A DNA stretch of 64,000 nucleotides from Candidatus Nomurabacteria bacterium (GCA_029288725.1 JARIGS010000010.1:103883-167882); one strand, 5' to 3'; numbered from the stretch's first letter, positions 18,679-28,372 are shown. The notes: a model not told the origin generated them from the letters alone. Translations and numbers: made by a program.

Positions 18679-20151
18679 TTATGCTAAAGGGTTTTTAGGC
18701 TTAAGGAGTGGAAATAGCTGCGTTTCGCGCAATGGCTTGTCTACCAAAAAGGCAAAGAAACGTTCCCCGCCAATACCAAAGCCAAACGCTGGGGGCATGC
18801 CGTGTTCAAGCATTTCGACAAATTCATCATCAGACATCATTGCTTCCTCGTCTCCTTCTTCAATAAGCTTCTTCTGTAATGCAAAACGTTCCGCCTGATC
18901 CACCGGATCATTGAGCTCTGAGAAACCATTGGTGCATTCGGCACCAGCAATAATCAACTGAACGCGCTCAGTAAGCATTGGATTTTCTGGCTTTGCCTTT
19001 GCCAATGGTGATACGAGCTTGGGTACATCAATAAGCCAGGCTGGTCCACTGATTTGCTTGCGGCAATATTTCCACAATGTATCAGTCAAACGCTCTCTGT
19101 TGGCACCTTCATAACTGACGCCGAGTTCTGCCAATTTCTTTCGCATCTCTTCATCAGAGGCAGTAAGGACATTGATGCCGGTCATCTTTTCGACGGTTTC
19201 AACGTACGAGATGCGTGGCCATTCCGCTCCTGACAAATCAAATGAATGCCCACGGGTCGTAAATTGCAAAGTACCAAATGCCTCCTGAACAACAGTCTTG
19301 AGCATTCGTTCGGTAAACTCAATGCCTTGCTTATAGTCCATATAGGCAGCATAGAATTCCATATTAGTGAATTCCTGCAAGTGCTCAGGACTCGAGCCTT
19401 CATTGCGATAGACACGGCCGATTTCAAAGACCTTAGGGAATCCTGCGGCCAGCAAACGCTTCTGCCACAATTCACCGACAGAAATACGCATGTAGACTTC
19501 CATATCAAAGTCATTGTGGTGAGCCTGGAACGGACGAGCCTCAGCTCCGCCTGTCGTTACTTCCAATGTTGGTGTTTCTACTTCAAGAAACCCTTCATTG
19601 GTGAGGAAGGTGCGCATTGCCTGCCAGAATTTCGCCTTCTTTACAAAGAGGTCACGCAGTTCAGTATTTTGTAAAATATCCAAGTATCGCTTGCGGAAAC
19701 GCTCATCCTCGTCCTTCAAGCCATACCATGAATCCGGAATAGGCTGCAGACTTTTTGTAAGCATTTTCCACCCGCTGGTGAAAACACTTTGAGCCCCGCG
19801 CTGGGTAGTGTATGCCGTGCCCGTTACTTCAATGAAGTCGCCAACATCAACGGTATCACTAAAGAGTGCGTACGCATCAGTGTCCATCTCATCAGCCTTA
19901 AACAAGGCCTGGACTCGGCCGGTACCGTCATAGATATCACAAAAGGCAATGCCACCCTGTCCGCGCTTGCTCATCACACGTCCTGCAATCGTGACGACAT
20001 CCTTGCCACTCTCGTACAGCGCAAAACGGTCAAGAAACACCTCAATGGTGTCAGTACGGTGAGTTTCAGCCGGATACGGATTAATGCCCCTTTCCTCCAA
20101 TAATGCTTTCTTTTTCAGACGGTCTGCCCGCAATTCTTCGATCGATGCCAT
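18679..20151 (-). CDS. lysS: lysine--tRNA ligase (class II)
   Basis: N-terminal OB fold and class II motifs, 490 aa. Confidence 0.9.
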   Translation of the reverse strand: MASIEELRADRLKKKALLEERGINPYPAETHRTDTIEVFLDRFALYESGKDVVTIAGRVMSKRGQGGIAFCDIYDGTGRVQALFKADEMDTDAYALFSDTVDVGDFIEVTGTAYTTQRGAQSVFTSGWKMLTKSLQPIPDSWYGLKDEDERFRKRYLDILQNTELRDLFVKKAKFWQAMRTFLTNEGFLEVETPTLEVTTGGAEARPFQAHHNDFDMEVYMRISVGELWQKRLLAAGFPKVFEIGRVYRNEGSSPEHLQEFTNMEFYAAYMDYKQGIEFTERMLKTVVQEAFGTLQFTTRGHSFDLSGAEWPRISYVETVEKMTGINVLTASDEEMRKKLAELGVSYEGANRERLTDTLWKYCRKQISGPAWLIDVPKLVSPLAKAKPENPMLTERVQLIIAGAECTNGFSELNDPVDQAERFALQKKLIEEGDEEAMMSDDEFVEMLEHGMPPAFGFGIGGERFFAFLVDKPLRETQLFPLLKPKNPLA

Positions 20152-20177
20152 ATGGTGTTCAGTATACTATAGAGCGA

Positions 20178-21272
20178 TTATATTCCCTCTTTTTTCAATT
20201 CTTCAATAATGTCCTTGGCTTTCTTGGAAAGCTTTTCGGGAAGCGAGATGTTGAGCTTAATGATGAAGTTGCCACGCTTGTGCGAGCCGGTTGGCACGCC
20301 GTGCTGCTTCAGTACCACCGTATCACCAACCTTGGTGCCGGCCGGAATAATCACCGGTACGGTACCGTCGAGGGTTTCAACAGCATATTCAGCGCCGAGC
20401 AATGCATCGGTGAGCTTGATCGACAATGTTGAACTGAGGTCATTGTGCTGACGAGTAATGGTCTTGTGCGGCGTAACAGAAATGTGCACATAAAGATCGC
20501 CGGACTGGCCACCCTTGATTGCTTCTCCCATGCCTTGAAGACGCAAAGTCTCACCATGCTGAATGCCTGCCGGTACAGAGACTTTGATGGTACGAGCCTC
20601 ATTAACGATACCCTTACCCTTACAGGTCGTGCAGGCTTCCTTGGGAATCTTGCCCGTGCCATCACACTTATTACAAGTTTGCGTCGTTGCAATAGAGCCT
20701 AAGATAGTACGCTGAATACTTTTTACTACCCCACTGCCATTACATTGGGTACAGGTATGAAGTTCGGTACCTGGCTTCGCGCCGTTGCCCTTACAAGTCG
20801 TACATGTTGAAGGCTTGGTAATGCGGATTTCCTTTTCTACACCAAAGACCGCCTCCTTGAAATCAAGAGTGATGCTAGTCTGCAGGTCAGCCCCGCGACG
20901 ATTACGCTTGCGACTTCCACCGCCAAACATCTCACCAAAAATGTCACCCATGTCGAAACCGAATTCCTGACCACCCTGGGTGAATTGAGAGAAATCAAAA
21001 CCGTCAAAACCACCGCCAGGCTGACCTTGCCCGCCGTAGCCTTGTGCGAAGGAGGGACCAAACTGATCGTACTGGCTTCTTTTCTTGTCATCAGACAACA
21101 CCTGATAGGCCTCGTTCACTTCCTTGAACTTCTTGTCATCACCGCCATTTTTGTCCGGGTGATGCTTATGAGCAAGCTTGTGAAAAGCCTTCTTGATTTC
21201 ATCCTTTGACGCACCTTTTGACACGCCCAAAATGTCGTAATAGTCCTTGTTCATATATGTATTATAGCACAA
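20178..21272 (-). CDS. dnaJ: molecular chaperone DnaJ
   Basis: J domain with HPD, a G/F-rich linker, and four CxxCxGxG zinc-finger repeats. Confidence 0.9.
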   Translation of the reverse strand: MCYNTYMNKDYYDILGVSKGASKDEIKKAFHKLAHKHHPDKNGGDDKKFKEVNEAYQVLSDDKKRSQYDQFGPSFAQGYGGQGQPGGGFDGFDFSQFTQGGQEFGFDMGDIFGEMFGGGSRKRNRRGADLQTSITLDFKEAVFGVEKEIRITKPSTCTTCKGNGAKPGTELHTCTQCNGSGVVKSIQRTILGSIATTQTCNKCDGTGKIPKEACTTCKGKGIVNEARTIKVSVPAGIQHGETLRLQGMGEAIKGGQSGDLYVHISVTPHKTITRQHNDLSSTLSIKLTDALLGAEYAVETLDGTVPVIIPAGTKVGDTVVLKQHGVPTGSHKRGNFIIKLNISLPEKLSKKAKDIIEELKKEGI

Positions 21273-21303
21273 AAAATGCCCTTTTGAAAGGGCATTTTAC
21301 TAA

Positions 21304-22659
21304 TTAGGGAAAGAGCAAATAAAACTGATCTACGTCCTTAAACAATCTAAAATAAGTACCGTAATGAATCACGATAAAATCGTGCACTGTATCGCTCACA
21401 TCAATTTCATTAACAAAAACTACTGGGGCAAGCTGGTAGAGTTTTACCAGAGCCATATTATGTTCACTGGCAATCACCCTGACTTCAGAAAATAACGAAA
21501 AAACATTGTTAAATTCATCAACCTGAAGCATTACATTTTCCTCTCCAAAATTAATATGCGCAATGAACAAAATACTATTTTTATAGGTATTTTCAGCAAG
21601 GGCTTTGAGACGAGCACTGATAGTAACATCTGCATCAAACAATACTCTCCTGTTTTTATACTCAATCCATTTTATCCGATTTTCCTCTGGGGAGAATTCA
21701 GAAATTATCCTTCCAACATCGCCGGCGTCAATTCGTAAAGCTTCAGCAACAAGGCATGTTGCGAGGACTTGCTGCAAAAATAAAACGGTTTTTATATAAG
21801 CAGTAATTGTTACTCTTTCGTTATTACAAGATATGGTTACAGTATCTTTTTTGTTTCCATAGACATAACAGTTTGCACTTTTATCATGAAGCGAAAAAGT
21901 CATGGACGTGTTCCTTGCAGCGCTCATTACCAATGGGTCATCAGCATTTAAAATACTGCTAGTGGCGCTTTTAGTTAAGGCTTGCTTTGAAAGCACAATA
22001 TCTTCAAGAGTATCAATGCCACGAACTCCAAGGTGCATCTTTTCGACATTGAGAAAAATTGCATAATCCGGCGAAAGTATTTCGGCCAATACTGCAATGT
22101 GGTGCGGCCGGTACATTGAGTATTCCAGGACGATCACCTCGTCATCTGTTTCAATGAAATTAATAATCCATGAAGAAAGCGTCAACGGCGTAAGCCTTTT
22201 TGAATAAATACGTTTAGTTTTATATTTTGCTTTTACCACATCTTCTATCATTCCAGCAGTGGTGGTTTTTCCCACGCTTCCTGTAACTCCCACAACAAGG
22301 GGTTGTGAACAGCTAAGTACATAGGATTTGATAGTTTCAATGGCTTTGAAAATATTCTCAACATAAATATATCGTAAGTCCACCCTTTCATTTTCTGGAA
22401 CTCTCTTATCAAGAAGAAAATAATAATTCTGTTTTGTTTTTAACGAGGCAATATTTTTACTCCTGTCAAAAGGATTAATATACCAACCTTCTTTCTCGGG
22501 ATTATCCTCGTACACTACAAAATATAGTACGTTGCCATCTTGATTTTCAAACTCCTTGAGGTGAGCAACGTTCAGTATGCTAAATTCCTCATCACCGTTA
22601 AAACCGTGAAATTGCGCATCGATAAGAATCTTCTGCAACAACGGTATGTCAATTTTCAA
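21304..22659 (-). CDS. Mur ligase family protein, MurF-like (UDP-MurNAc-tripeptide--D-Ala-D-Ala ligase-like), AT-rich
   Basis: P-loop VVGVTGSVGKTTT, a LEYSMYRPHHIAVLAEI block and a NADDPLV block in MurF-like order. It is about 451 aa and about 36% GC by eye. Confidence 0.55.
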   Translation of the reverse strand: MKIDIPLLQKILIDAQFHGFNGDEEFSILNVAHLKEFENQDGNVLYFVVYEDNPEKEGWYINPFDRSKNIASLKTKQNYYFLLDKRVPENERVDLRYIYVENIFKAIETIKSYVLSCSQPLVVGVTGSVGKTTTAGMIEDVVKAKYKTKRIYSKRLTPLTLSSWIINFIETDDEVIVLEYSMYRPHHIAVLAEILSPDYAIFLNVEKMHLGVRGIDTLEDIVLSKQALTKSATSSILNADDPLVMSAARNTSMTFSLHDKSANCYVYGNKKDTVTISCNNERVTITAYIKTVLFLQQVLATCLVAEALRIDAGDVGRIISEFSPEENRIKWIEYKNRRVLFDADVTISARLKALAENTYKNSILFIAHINFGEENVMLQVDEFNNVFSLFSEVRVIASEHNMALVKLYQLAPVVFVNEIDVSDTVHDFIVIHYGTYFRLFKDVDQFYLLFP

Positions 22660-23377
22660 TTGGCCCTCCTTTTTTAAGAATGAGCGAGATTAGTTGTTTG
22701 GTATGCGAGTTGGCAATATCATGACTTCCCTCCGGAATAATTTCAAGCGTATGCTTTACGTTAGCCTCCTTAATGATGTCTTGAACAAGTAGTGGTGGAG
22801 TAGCCGTATCTTTTTCTCCGTAGATAAGTGTAATCGGTTGCTGTAGAGCCTTGAGCTCGTTGCGAAGATCAATAGTAACAATATTACGGTACGTATCTCT
22901 CATTACTGGAGTAGCGGTCGTGTAATAAGGATTTTTCTTAACTACTGCAAGGTACCAATAGCGCAACCATGCCACAGCCTTTTTGGGGAGTATCCTCTTG
23001 AAAAAATGCTGGGCTGTAGTTGGACTTGTTTCAGCATACTGTCGAATAATTGCAGGAGAAACAAGAATAGTTTCAACATTTTTGTTATCAGTGCGATATT
23101 TCCAATGAAGTGCTATAGCCCCGCCGAATGAGTACCCGAGAATAACATCTGGCTTTTCCTGATTAATGACCTTATCCACATACGAAACAAAATCATCGAG
23201 TAGCCAAGGGCGCTGTGGATCGGGAGTACCACAAAATCCGGGAAGATTTATTTTTACAACATCAAAATGTTGTTGTAACGAGGAAACAAACGATGTACGA
23301 TTTGCCCATGCATCGGTGCATTTTGTCGTAGTGTAGTTGGTATAGTTCCAACCATGAATAAGAAGGATTTTTTTCAT
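22649..23377 (-). CDS. alpha/beta-hydrolase fold esterase/lipase-like protein, AT-rich
   Basis: Oxyanion LLIHGW, nucleophile elbow GYSFGG, and a C-terminal GSHD block. Confidence 0.6.
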   Translation of the reverse strand: MKKILLIHGWNYTNYTTTKCTDAWANRTSFVSSLQQHFDVVKINLPGFCGTPDPQRPWLLDDFVSYVDKVINQEKPDVILGYSFGGAIALHWKYRTDNKNVETILVSPAIIRQYAETSPTTAQHFFKRILPKKAVAWLRYWYLAVVKKNPYYTTATPVMRDTYRNIVTIDLRNELKALQQPITLIYGEKDTATPPLLVQDIIKEANVKHTLEIIPEGSHDIANSHTKQLISLILKKGGPIEN

Positions 23378-23450
23378 ATGGTACTTATTTTAAATGTTTT
23401 TAAAGAATTTTGTTGTTTTTATTTCTATAACACATTTTTTACAAATAGTC

Positions 23451-23479
23451 AAAAACCCCTTCATAATGAAGGGGTTTTT
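23451..23479. terminator. intrinsic terminator hairpin
   Basis: The hairpin aaaaaccccttcataatgaaggggttttt has an 8-bp stem flanked by an A-run and a T-run. Confidence 0.6.
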
Positions 23480-23483
23480 GGTA

Positions 23484-23561
23484 TTAGCGGTGACGGAGAG
23501 AAACTGTCTTCCCTTCTGCCTTGCGCTTCTTTTTAGCTGCAACTTTTCGTTTCTTGTTCAT
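23484..23561 (-). CDS. very small basic ORF (25 aa) with its own -10 and terminator
   Basis: Manual translation gives MNKKRKVAAKKKRKAEGKTVSLRHR. A TATAGT element lies upstream and the 23451-23479 hairpin lies downstream. Confidence 0.2.
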   Translation of the reverse strand: MNKKRKVAAKKKRKAEGKTVSLRHR

Positions 23562-23587
23562 AGTCTAAACACTATAGCACAACACAA

Positions 23588-23607
23588 AGACCCCGGCTAG
23601 GGGGTCT
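23588..23607. terminator. dnaK terminator hairpin
   Basis: A 7-bp stem agacccc/ggggtct with a 6-nt loop, followed by a U-rich tract on the minus strand. Confidence 0.5.
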
Positions 23608-23652
23608 TTGTAGTCCACTATTGGGTTAGGTACCGAGCACCTAACAAGCTTA

Positions 23653-25557
23653 TTATGCAGCTTCGGTAGTATCCTCTGCCTGCGCATCCTTTGGGGCTGC
23701 GTCGGGTGCCGCTTCCCCTTCTGGAGCCGCACCGTCAGTAGGCTGAGCTTCGGCGTTAGCCTTGTTCATGTGCTCACCGATCTTTTGCATTTCGGTAGAA
23801 AGCTCATGCACCTTAGCTTCGATAACGGCCTTGTCACTGCCCTCCTTGGCAGAACGCAATTCGCCAATCTTGGCATTGATGCTGGTCTTGAGCTCTTCCG
23901 GTAGTGATGCGCCATGATCCTGCAACGACTTCTCTGCCGTAAAGATCGTCATGTCAGCAGTGTTCTTTACATCTGCCAATGCCTTCTTTTCCTCGTCTTC
24001 CTTGGCATGGAGTTCTGCATCCTTCTTCATGCGTTCGATATCGTCAGGAGTAAGACCACTTGATGCTTCGATACGAATAGACTGTTCCTTGCCAGAAGCC
24101 TTATCTTTAGCTTTCACATTCAGGATACCGTTGGCATCAACATCAAAGGTCACTTCGATCTGCGGAATACCGCGTGGTGCTGGGGGAATGCCTTCAAGGT
24201 TGAAGTGTCCCAGTGACTTGTTATCAGCCGCCATTGGACGCTCACCCTGGACGATATGAATGTCCACTGAAGTCTGGTTATCAGAGGCCGTTGAAAATAC
24301 TTGGGTCTTTGATGATGGGATAGTGGTATTGCGTTCGATCAATTTGGTTGCGACATTACCCATGGTTTCAATACCGAGTGACAATGGGATGACATCAAGC
24401 AAGAGCACGTCCTTCACGTCACCCTGCAATACGCCGGCCTGTACAGCTGCACCAAGCGCTACCACTTCATCAGGGTTGATAGAGAGATTTGGCTCCTTAC
24501 CGAACAGCTTCTTCACTTCCTCAACAATTTTTGGCATACGGGTCTGACCACCAACAAGAATGACTTCATTGATGTCAGCAATTTTGAAGCCTGATGCATC
24601 GAGAGCACGCTTGGTAATCTCAATAGATGAGGTCACAAATTCATCGGCCAAACTTTCGAGCTGGGCACGGCTAAGCTTCAAGAGCAAGTGCTGAGGGCCG
24701 GCATCAGTTGAGGTGATGAACGGGATGTTGATTTCGGTTTCGGTCGTCGTAGAGAGTTCGATCTTGGCCTTTTCCGCCGCTTCATCGAGACGCTGCAATG
24801 CCAATGGATCGCCCATGACATCGATGCCTGACTGCTTTTTGAATTCACCGGCAATCCAGTTCATGATCTTGAGGTCGATATCACGACCACCCATCATGGA
24901 GTCACCGTCGGTAGATTTCACTTCGATCACGTCATCTGACACTTCAAGCACGGACACATCGAATGTACCGCCACCAAGGTCAAAGATCACGATCTTCTCA
25001 TCCTTCTTGTTATTCAAACCATACGCAAGCGCAGCTGCAGTTGGTTCGTTGATGATGCGCTTGACATCGAGACCGGCGATCGCACCGGCGTCCTTGGTCG
25101 CCTTACGCTGTGCATCATCGAAGTATGCAGGAACGGTAATGATCGCTTCAGTCACTTTCTCACCGATCTTTGCTTCAACGTCTGCCTTGATCTTCTGAAG
25201 AATCATCGCTGACACTTCTTCAGGACGATAGTCTTTGTCACCAAGCTTTACCAATACGCCACCATCTGGGCCTTTTGAGACCTGAAATGGAGAGGTCTTG
25301 ATGACCTTGTCCATGCCATGGTCATCATACTTGTGGCCCATGAAGCGCTTGATACCGTAGATGGTATTTTGCGGATTGGTCACGGCCTGACGCTTTGCCA
25401 AGAGGCCGACCAAAATGTCACCGTTTTTTGAAAGCGCGACAATAGACGGTGTCGTGCGTGCACCTTCGATATTTTCTATGATTTTCGGCTGACCACCTTC
25501 GATGATGGCTACCGCTGAGTTCGTTGTTCCAAGGTCAATTCCAATGATTTTTGCCAT
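23653..25557 (-). CDS. dnaK: molecular chaperone DnaK (Hsp70)
   Basis: N-terminus [13 protein letters not shown], block [10 protein letters not shown], and an acidic C-terminal tail. It is 634 aa. Confidence 0.95.
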   Translation of the reverse strand: MAKIIGIDLGTTNSAVAIIEGGQPKIIENIEGARTTPSIVALSKNGDILVGLLAKRQAVTNPQNTIYGIKRFMGHKYDDHGMDKVIKTSPFQVSKGPDGGVLVKLGDKDYRPEEVSAMILQKIKADVEAKIGEKVTEAIITVPAYFDDAQRKATKDAGAIAGLDVKRIINEPTAAALAYGLNNKKDEKIVIFDLGGGTFDVSVLEVSDDVIEVKSTDGDSMMGGRDIDLKIMNWIAGEFKKQSGIDVMGDPLALQRLDEAAEKAKIELSTTTETEINIPFITSTDAGPQHLLLKLSRAQLESLADEFVTSSIEITKRALDASGFKIADINEVILVGGQTRMPKIVEEVKKLFGKEPNLSINPDEVVALGAAVQAGVLQGDVKDVLLLDVIPLSLGIETMGNVATKLIERNTTIPSSKTQVFSTASDNQTSVDIHIVQGERPMAADNKSLGHFNLEGIPPAPRGIPQIEVTFDVDANGILNVKAKDKASGKEQSIRIEASSGLTPDDIERMKKDAELHAKEDEEKKALADVKNTADMTIFTAEKSLQDHGASLPEELKTSINAKIGELRSAKEGSDKAVIEAKVHELSTEMQKIGEHMNKANAEAQPTDGAAPEGEAAPDAAPKDAQAEDTTEAA

Positions 25558-25584
25558 ACGTTAAAAAATTATTCTGTTATATTG

Positions 25585-25657
25585 ATGTATTTCTACAATA
25601 ATTTCGTGACCACGAAATACATGTTGATAGTATAGCAATACTTTGATAGTATGCAAG
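25585..25657. promoter_or_regulatory. divergent dnaK / PaaX-like promoter region with nested palindrome (candidate operator)
   Basis: Outer inverted repeat ATGTATTTC...GAAATACAT and inner TTTCGTG-ac-CACGAAA span 25585-25622. For dnaK (minus strand), the -35 TTGCAT and -10 TATACT lie just upstream, so the palindrome sits at about +1 to +38. For the plus gene, the -35 TTGATA and -10 TAGTAT lie at 25624-25652. Confidence 0.4.
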
Positions 25658-26215
25658 TATATGGAAAATATCTCAGCCTCCTCCACTAAAGCTACGGCGA
25701 GCCGAGGAAAAAGCTATTCTAAGAAAATATTGACCCTTTTGGCCGCAAAACCGGCAATTTCAGTATCTGAATTGACCGAAACCATTGGGGGTATTGGCAA
25801 GGAAAAGCATGCCCTCACCCGTTCCTTAAAGGGTCTACAAGAGGCAGGATTGATCGAAACTCATCATTCTGGGCAACAGGCCTACAGTCGCCTGACACGT
25901 GAAGGCAAGCGCAAGGCCCATAGTGCCAAGCTTGATCATGATACGGCAGTGCTCAATCCTTCCTGGGACGGCAAATGGCGCATTGTCCTTCTTGACCTAT
26001 CCGAAGACCGCAAGGCTGAACGTGATGGCCTCCGCTACCTGCTCAAAAAGGCCGGCTTTGTCTTGCTCAAAAATTCGGTCTGGATCTCTCCTTATCCACT
26101 TGAACACCTTTTCATGAACATCAAAAAAGACCTCGGCCTAACGACCGAGATCATGATTTTTGTCACTGACACCTTGGACGAAGAAACAAGGAAGGCGTTT
26201 CTTTCAATTGTTTGA
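25643..26215 (+). CDS. PaaX-family-like transcriptional regulator (wHTH plus PaaX_C-like domain)
   Basis: The N-terminal winged helix reads SVSELTETIGG...LKGLQEAGLIE. The C-terminal block WDGKWRIVLLDLSEDRKAERDGLRYLLKKAGFVLLKNSVWISPYP resembles the PaaX C-domain. Confidence 0.55.
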   Translation: MIVCKYMENISASSTKATASRGKSYSKKILTLLAAKPAISVSELTETIGGIGKEKHALTRSLKGLQEAGLIETHHSGQQAYSRLTREGKRKAHSAKLDHDTAVLNPSWDGKWRIVLLDLSEDRKAERDGLRYLLKKAGFVLLKNSVWISPYPLEHLFMNIKKDLGLTTEIMIFVTDTLDEETRKAFLSIV

Positions 26216-26790
26216 CTTTTCCATCTCAAATGGTAATGTGCATAAAAATTACGCACATGGAAAAATTTAAGATTGTAGAAAAGTTCAAACTCTTTAACCA
26301 AACAGAGGCACATATACTAAATATGCCATTTGCTTTAAAAAGAGAGGAGGATGAATACCAAGATAGGTTAAGGCGTTTAAGCTCTTATCACGATGCACTT
26401 TTTAATGAGCCAGAGTGGCCAATATACGGATATTTACCTCCTTGTACTATAAATATTGCTATTTCAATTGAGGATTATACCGGTCTTGAGGCAGTATCAC
26501 TTATGAAAAACTCCGGCGGTTTTCCTTTAACAAGAGACAACCTTTTTATGCTGCCTTTTTTCTTTAAGGAAAAAGTAAGGCCTTTTAAGGCAATATATGC
26601 CTTTATGGACGAAGAGTACCTACCTACTCATGAAAATGGGAAAAAGATTGTTCCATGGATTAAAATCGAAGAACATCGTAATCAGGATCTTGATTACGAT
26701 TGGTATTTTTTCCATAACACCTTTCGGGCTGGAGAACATTTTGCCTTCTTTTCATTTAACTACCCTGAATTAAAAAAGCCTCATAAATGA
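26212..26790 (+). CDS. hypothetical protein, AT-rich, no recognisable domain (true start probably Met16 near 26257)
   Basis: An ORF with a terminator overlapping its stop. Its composition is strongly AT-rich relative to neighbours. Confidence 0.4.
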   Translation: MTFPSQMVMCIKITHMEKFKIVEKFKLFNQTEAHILNMPFALKREEDEYQDRLRRLSSYHDALFNEPEWPIYGYLPPCTINIAISIEDYTGLEAVSLMKNSGGFPLTRDNLFMLPFFFKEKVRPFKAIYAFMDEEYLPTHENGKKIVPWIKIEEHRNQDLDYDWYFFHNTFRAGEHFAFFSFNYPELKKPHK

Positions 26791-26798
26791 GGCTTTTT
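26773..26798. terminator. bidirectional intrinsic terminator
   Basis: The stem agcctcat/atgaggct is flanked by an A-run and a T-run. It serves the convergent genes on either side. Confidence 0.55.
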
Positions 26799-26814
26799 AT
26801 GTTACTTAGCTACC

Positions 26815-27006
26815 CTACTCCTTACTCCAGAAAAACGCTGCGACAATACCAACGATAAGGCCGATGATTGCCAAGAGCAATGCATATGGCATGAAAATGT
26901 TTGACCAGTAGGCGCCGATAGAAATACCAATAAGAAAAGTAGACCACTTGATCAAACCAGTTTCCCAAAAAGGCATTTTACGTGTTTTGAATATGTTCAT
27001 GCTCAT
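26815..27006 (-). CDS. small two-TM membrane protein (63 aa) immediately downstream of grpE
   Basis: The ORF-track entry 26815..27186 overlaps grpE. The internal start MSMNIFKTRKMPFWETGLIKWSTFLIGISIGAYW at 27004-27006 gives a non-overlapping 63-aa hydrophobic protein. Confidence 0.35.
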   Translation of the reverse strand: MSMNIFKTRKMPFWETGLIKWSTFLIGISIGAYWSNIFMPYALLLAIIGLIVGIVAAFFWSKE

Positions 27007-27007
27007 A

Positions 27008-27616
27008 TTATACCGCTTTGTAAACTGAGACGCGTGCCGCACGAAGGACGTTGTCTCCAAGCTTATAGCCCTGCTGTAGTACTGCTGAAACAGTATGGCC
27101 CTTAGCTGCATCATCGGTATCGGTTTCTGACACTGCCTCATGGAGCAATGGATCAAATGGTTCACCGACAGTACCAAAGACAGCAAAGCCGCGATCCTTC
27201 AGAACGGTCATCATTTGCTGATAGATGTACTCTACGCCGGTGCGCCAAGTCGCATCTACCTTTTCCCATGCTTCCTTGTTACTCATTGCCATAGCAAAGC
27301 TATCGATCACCGGGAGCAAATCCTCAATGAAGTTCTCCTCGATCAATCCGCGCATGCGCTTGCGATCTTCATCGGTCGTCTTTTGCAGGTTTACATAGTC
27401 AGCCCGAGAACGCTGCCACCCATCAAGATATTCCTGCTTTTCCTTTTCCAGTGCCTTGATCTTCTCACGCAATTCCTTCATTTTCTGGCCACTACCAAGC
27501 TCCGCGCCTTCCTCATCGCTGGCGACAAATTCCACATCCTGATCTTCATTTGTTCCCGGCTCCAATTCTTCCGGATATACCACTACATCTTCGTCATTCA
27601 TGCCTTGATTATACAA
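27008..27616 (-). CDS. grpE: nucleotide exchange factor GrpE
   Basis: An acidic N-terminus is followed by the coiled-coil KELREKIKALEKEKQEYLDGWQRSRADYVNLQKTTDEDRKR and the GrpE C-terminal beta domain. Confidence 0.85.
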   Translation of the reverse strand: MYNQGMNDEDVVVYPEELEPGTNEDQDVEFVASDEEGAELGSGQKMKELREKIKALEKEKQEYLDGWQRSRADYVNLQKTTDEDRKRMRGLIEENFIEDLLPVIDSFAMAMSNKEAWEKVDATWRTGVEYIYQQMMTVLKDRGFAVFGTVGEPFDPLLHEAVSETDTDDAAKGHTVSAVLQQGYKLGDNVLRAARVSVYKAV

Positions 27617-27664
27617 AAAACTGGCAAATAAAAAAGCCCGATATAAAACCGAGCTTCTGAGATG

Positions 27665-28372
27665 TTAGGCAGATGGGGCAAAAACATTTGCCTTTACTGT
27701 ATCGAGCTTGTTGATACATTTTGCTGCATATCGCTTACTGAGCATTGCGGGGAGTATCATCAACACCACTACCCACCATTGAAAAACGAGCATGGCTGTA
27801 GTAGTAAGCTCTCCTCGAGATCTAAGGACAAGAAATACTATGATAAAAATAAGTCCGAAAATATTCTCCCACATAAGATAAAATGGGTAATTGCGATAAT
27901 CTTGTAGATCATGATACTGCATCCAATAATCAGGCTTATTCTTTCTTTTTTTCTTATAGGCAATTTTATAAATGATTGCAATGCCCCCATATCTCATCAA
28001 AAATGAAACGATGAAAACAAACGCATAGACACCGGCAAAACCATTAATATTGCTTCCCTCTTCCGTTCCCTGTAATTCAATGGTTTTCCAACCTGCGTGT
28101 GCATATGACAGAATAAAATTACTGTACGGCCTATGCCACCCTCCCCCTATAAAGGGCAGGATGGGCACACCTGAACAAGCAAGAGCGCCATTTTTTGTAA
28201 TCATTGCGGTCTCACCGGGGTGTTGCATTAGTACGAGTGCCGCATGATCATCAATGTCTTTCGGATGATGAGACAATGTAGCAAGGACATTCTTTGCAAT
28301 ATGAACACTGTCCTGTGACTGAGTGGTTACTGTAACCACGACAAGCATTAATAAGAATAGGGTCTTTTTCAT
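27665..28372 (-). CDS. hypothetical secreted/membrane protein (signal peptide, about 110-aa ectodomain, C-terminal TM helices)
   Basis: N-terminus MKKTLFLLMLVVVTVTT, with hydrophobic segments in the C-terminal half. No recognisable domain. Confidence 0.45.
   Translation of the reverse strand: MKKTLFLLMLVVVTVTTQSQDSVHIAKNVLATLSHHPKDIDDHAALVLMQHPGETAMITKNGALACSGVPILPFIGGGWHRPYSNFILSYAHAGWKTIELQGTEEGSNINGFAGVYAFVFIVSFLMRYGGIAIIYKIAYKKKRKNKPDYWMQYHDLQDYRNYPFYLMWENIFGLIFIIVFLVLRSRGELTTTAMLVFQWWVVVLMILPAMLSKRYAAKCINKLDTVKANVFAPSA

Noticed and set aside
18658-18695. Possible lysS terminator hairpin AAAACCC...GGGTTTT
   Set aside because: It has only a 6-7 bp stem with a 24-nt loop, and its right arm lies inside the lysS coding sequence. 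This is too weak to call.
26815-27186. 123-aa version of the small ORF downstream of grpE
   Set aside because: Its 5' 180 nt overlap the grpE coding region in another frame. The internal Met at 27004-27006 gives a compact 63-aa membrane protein abutting the grpE stop.
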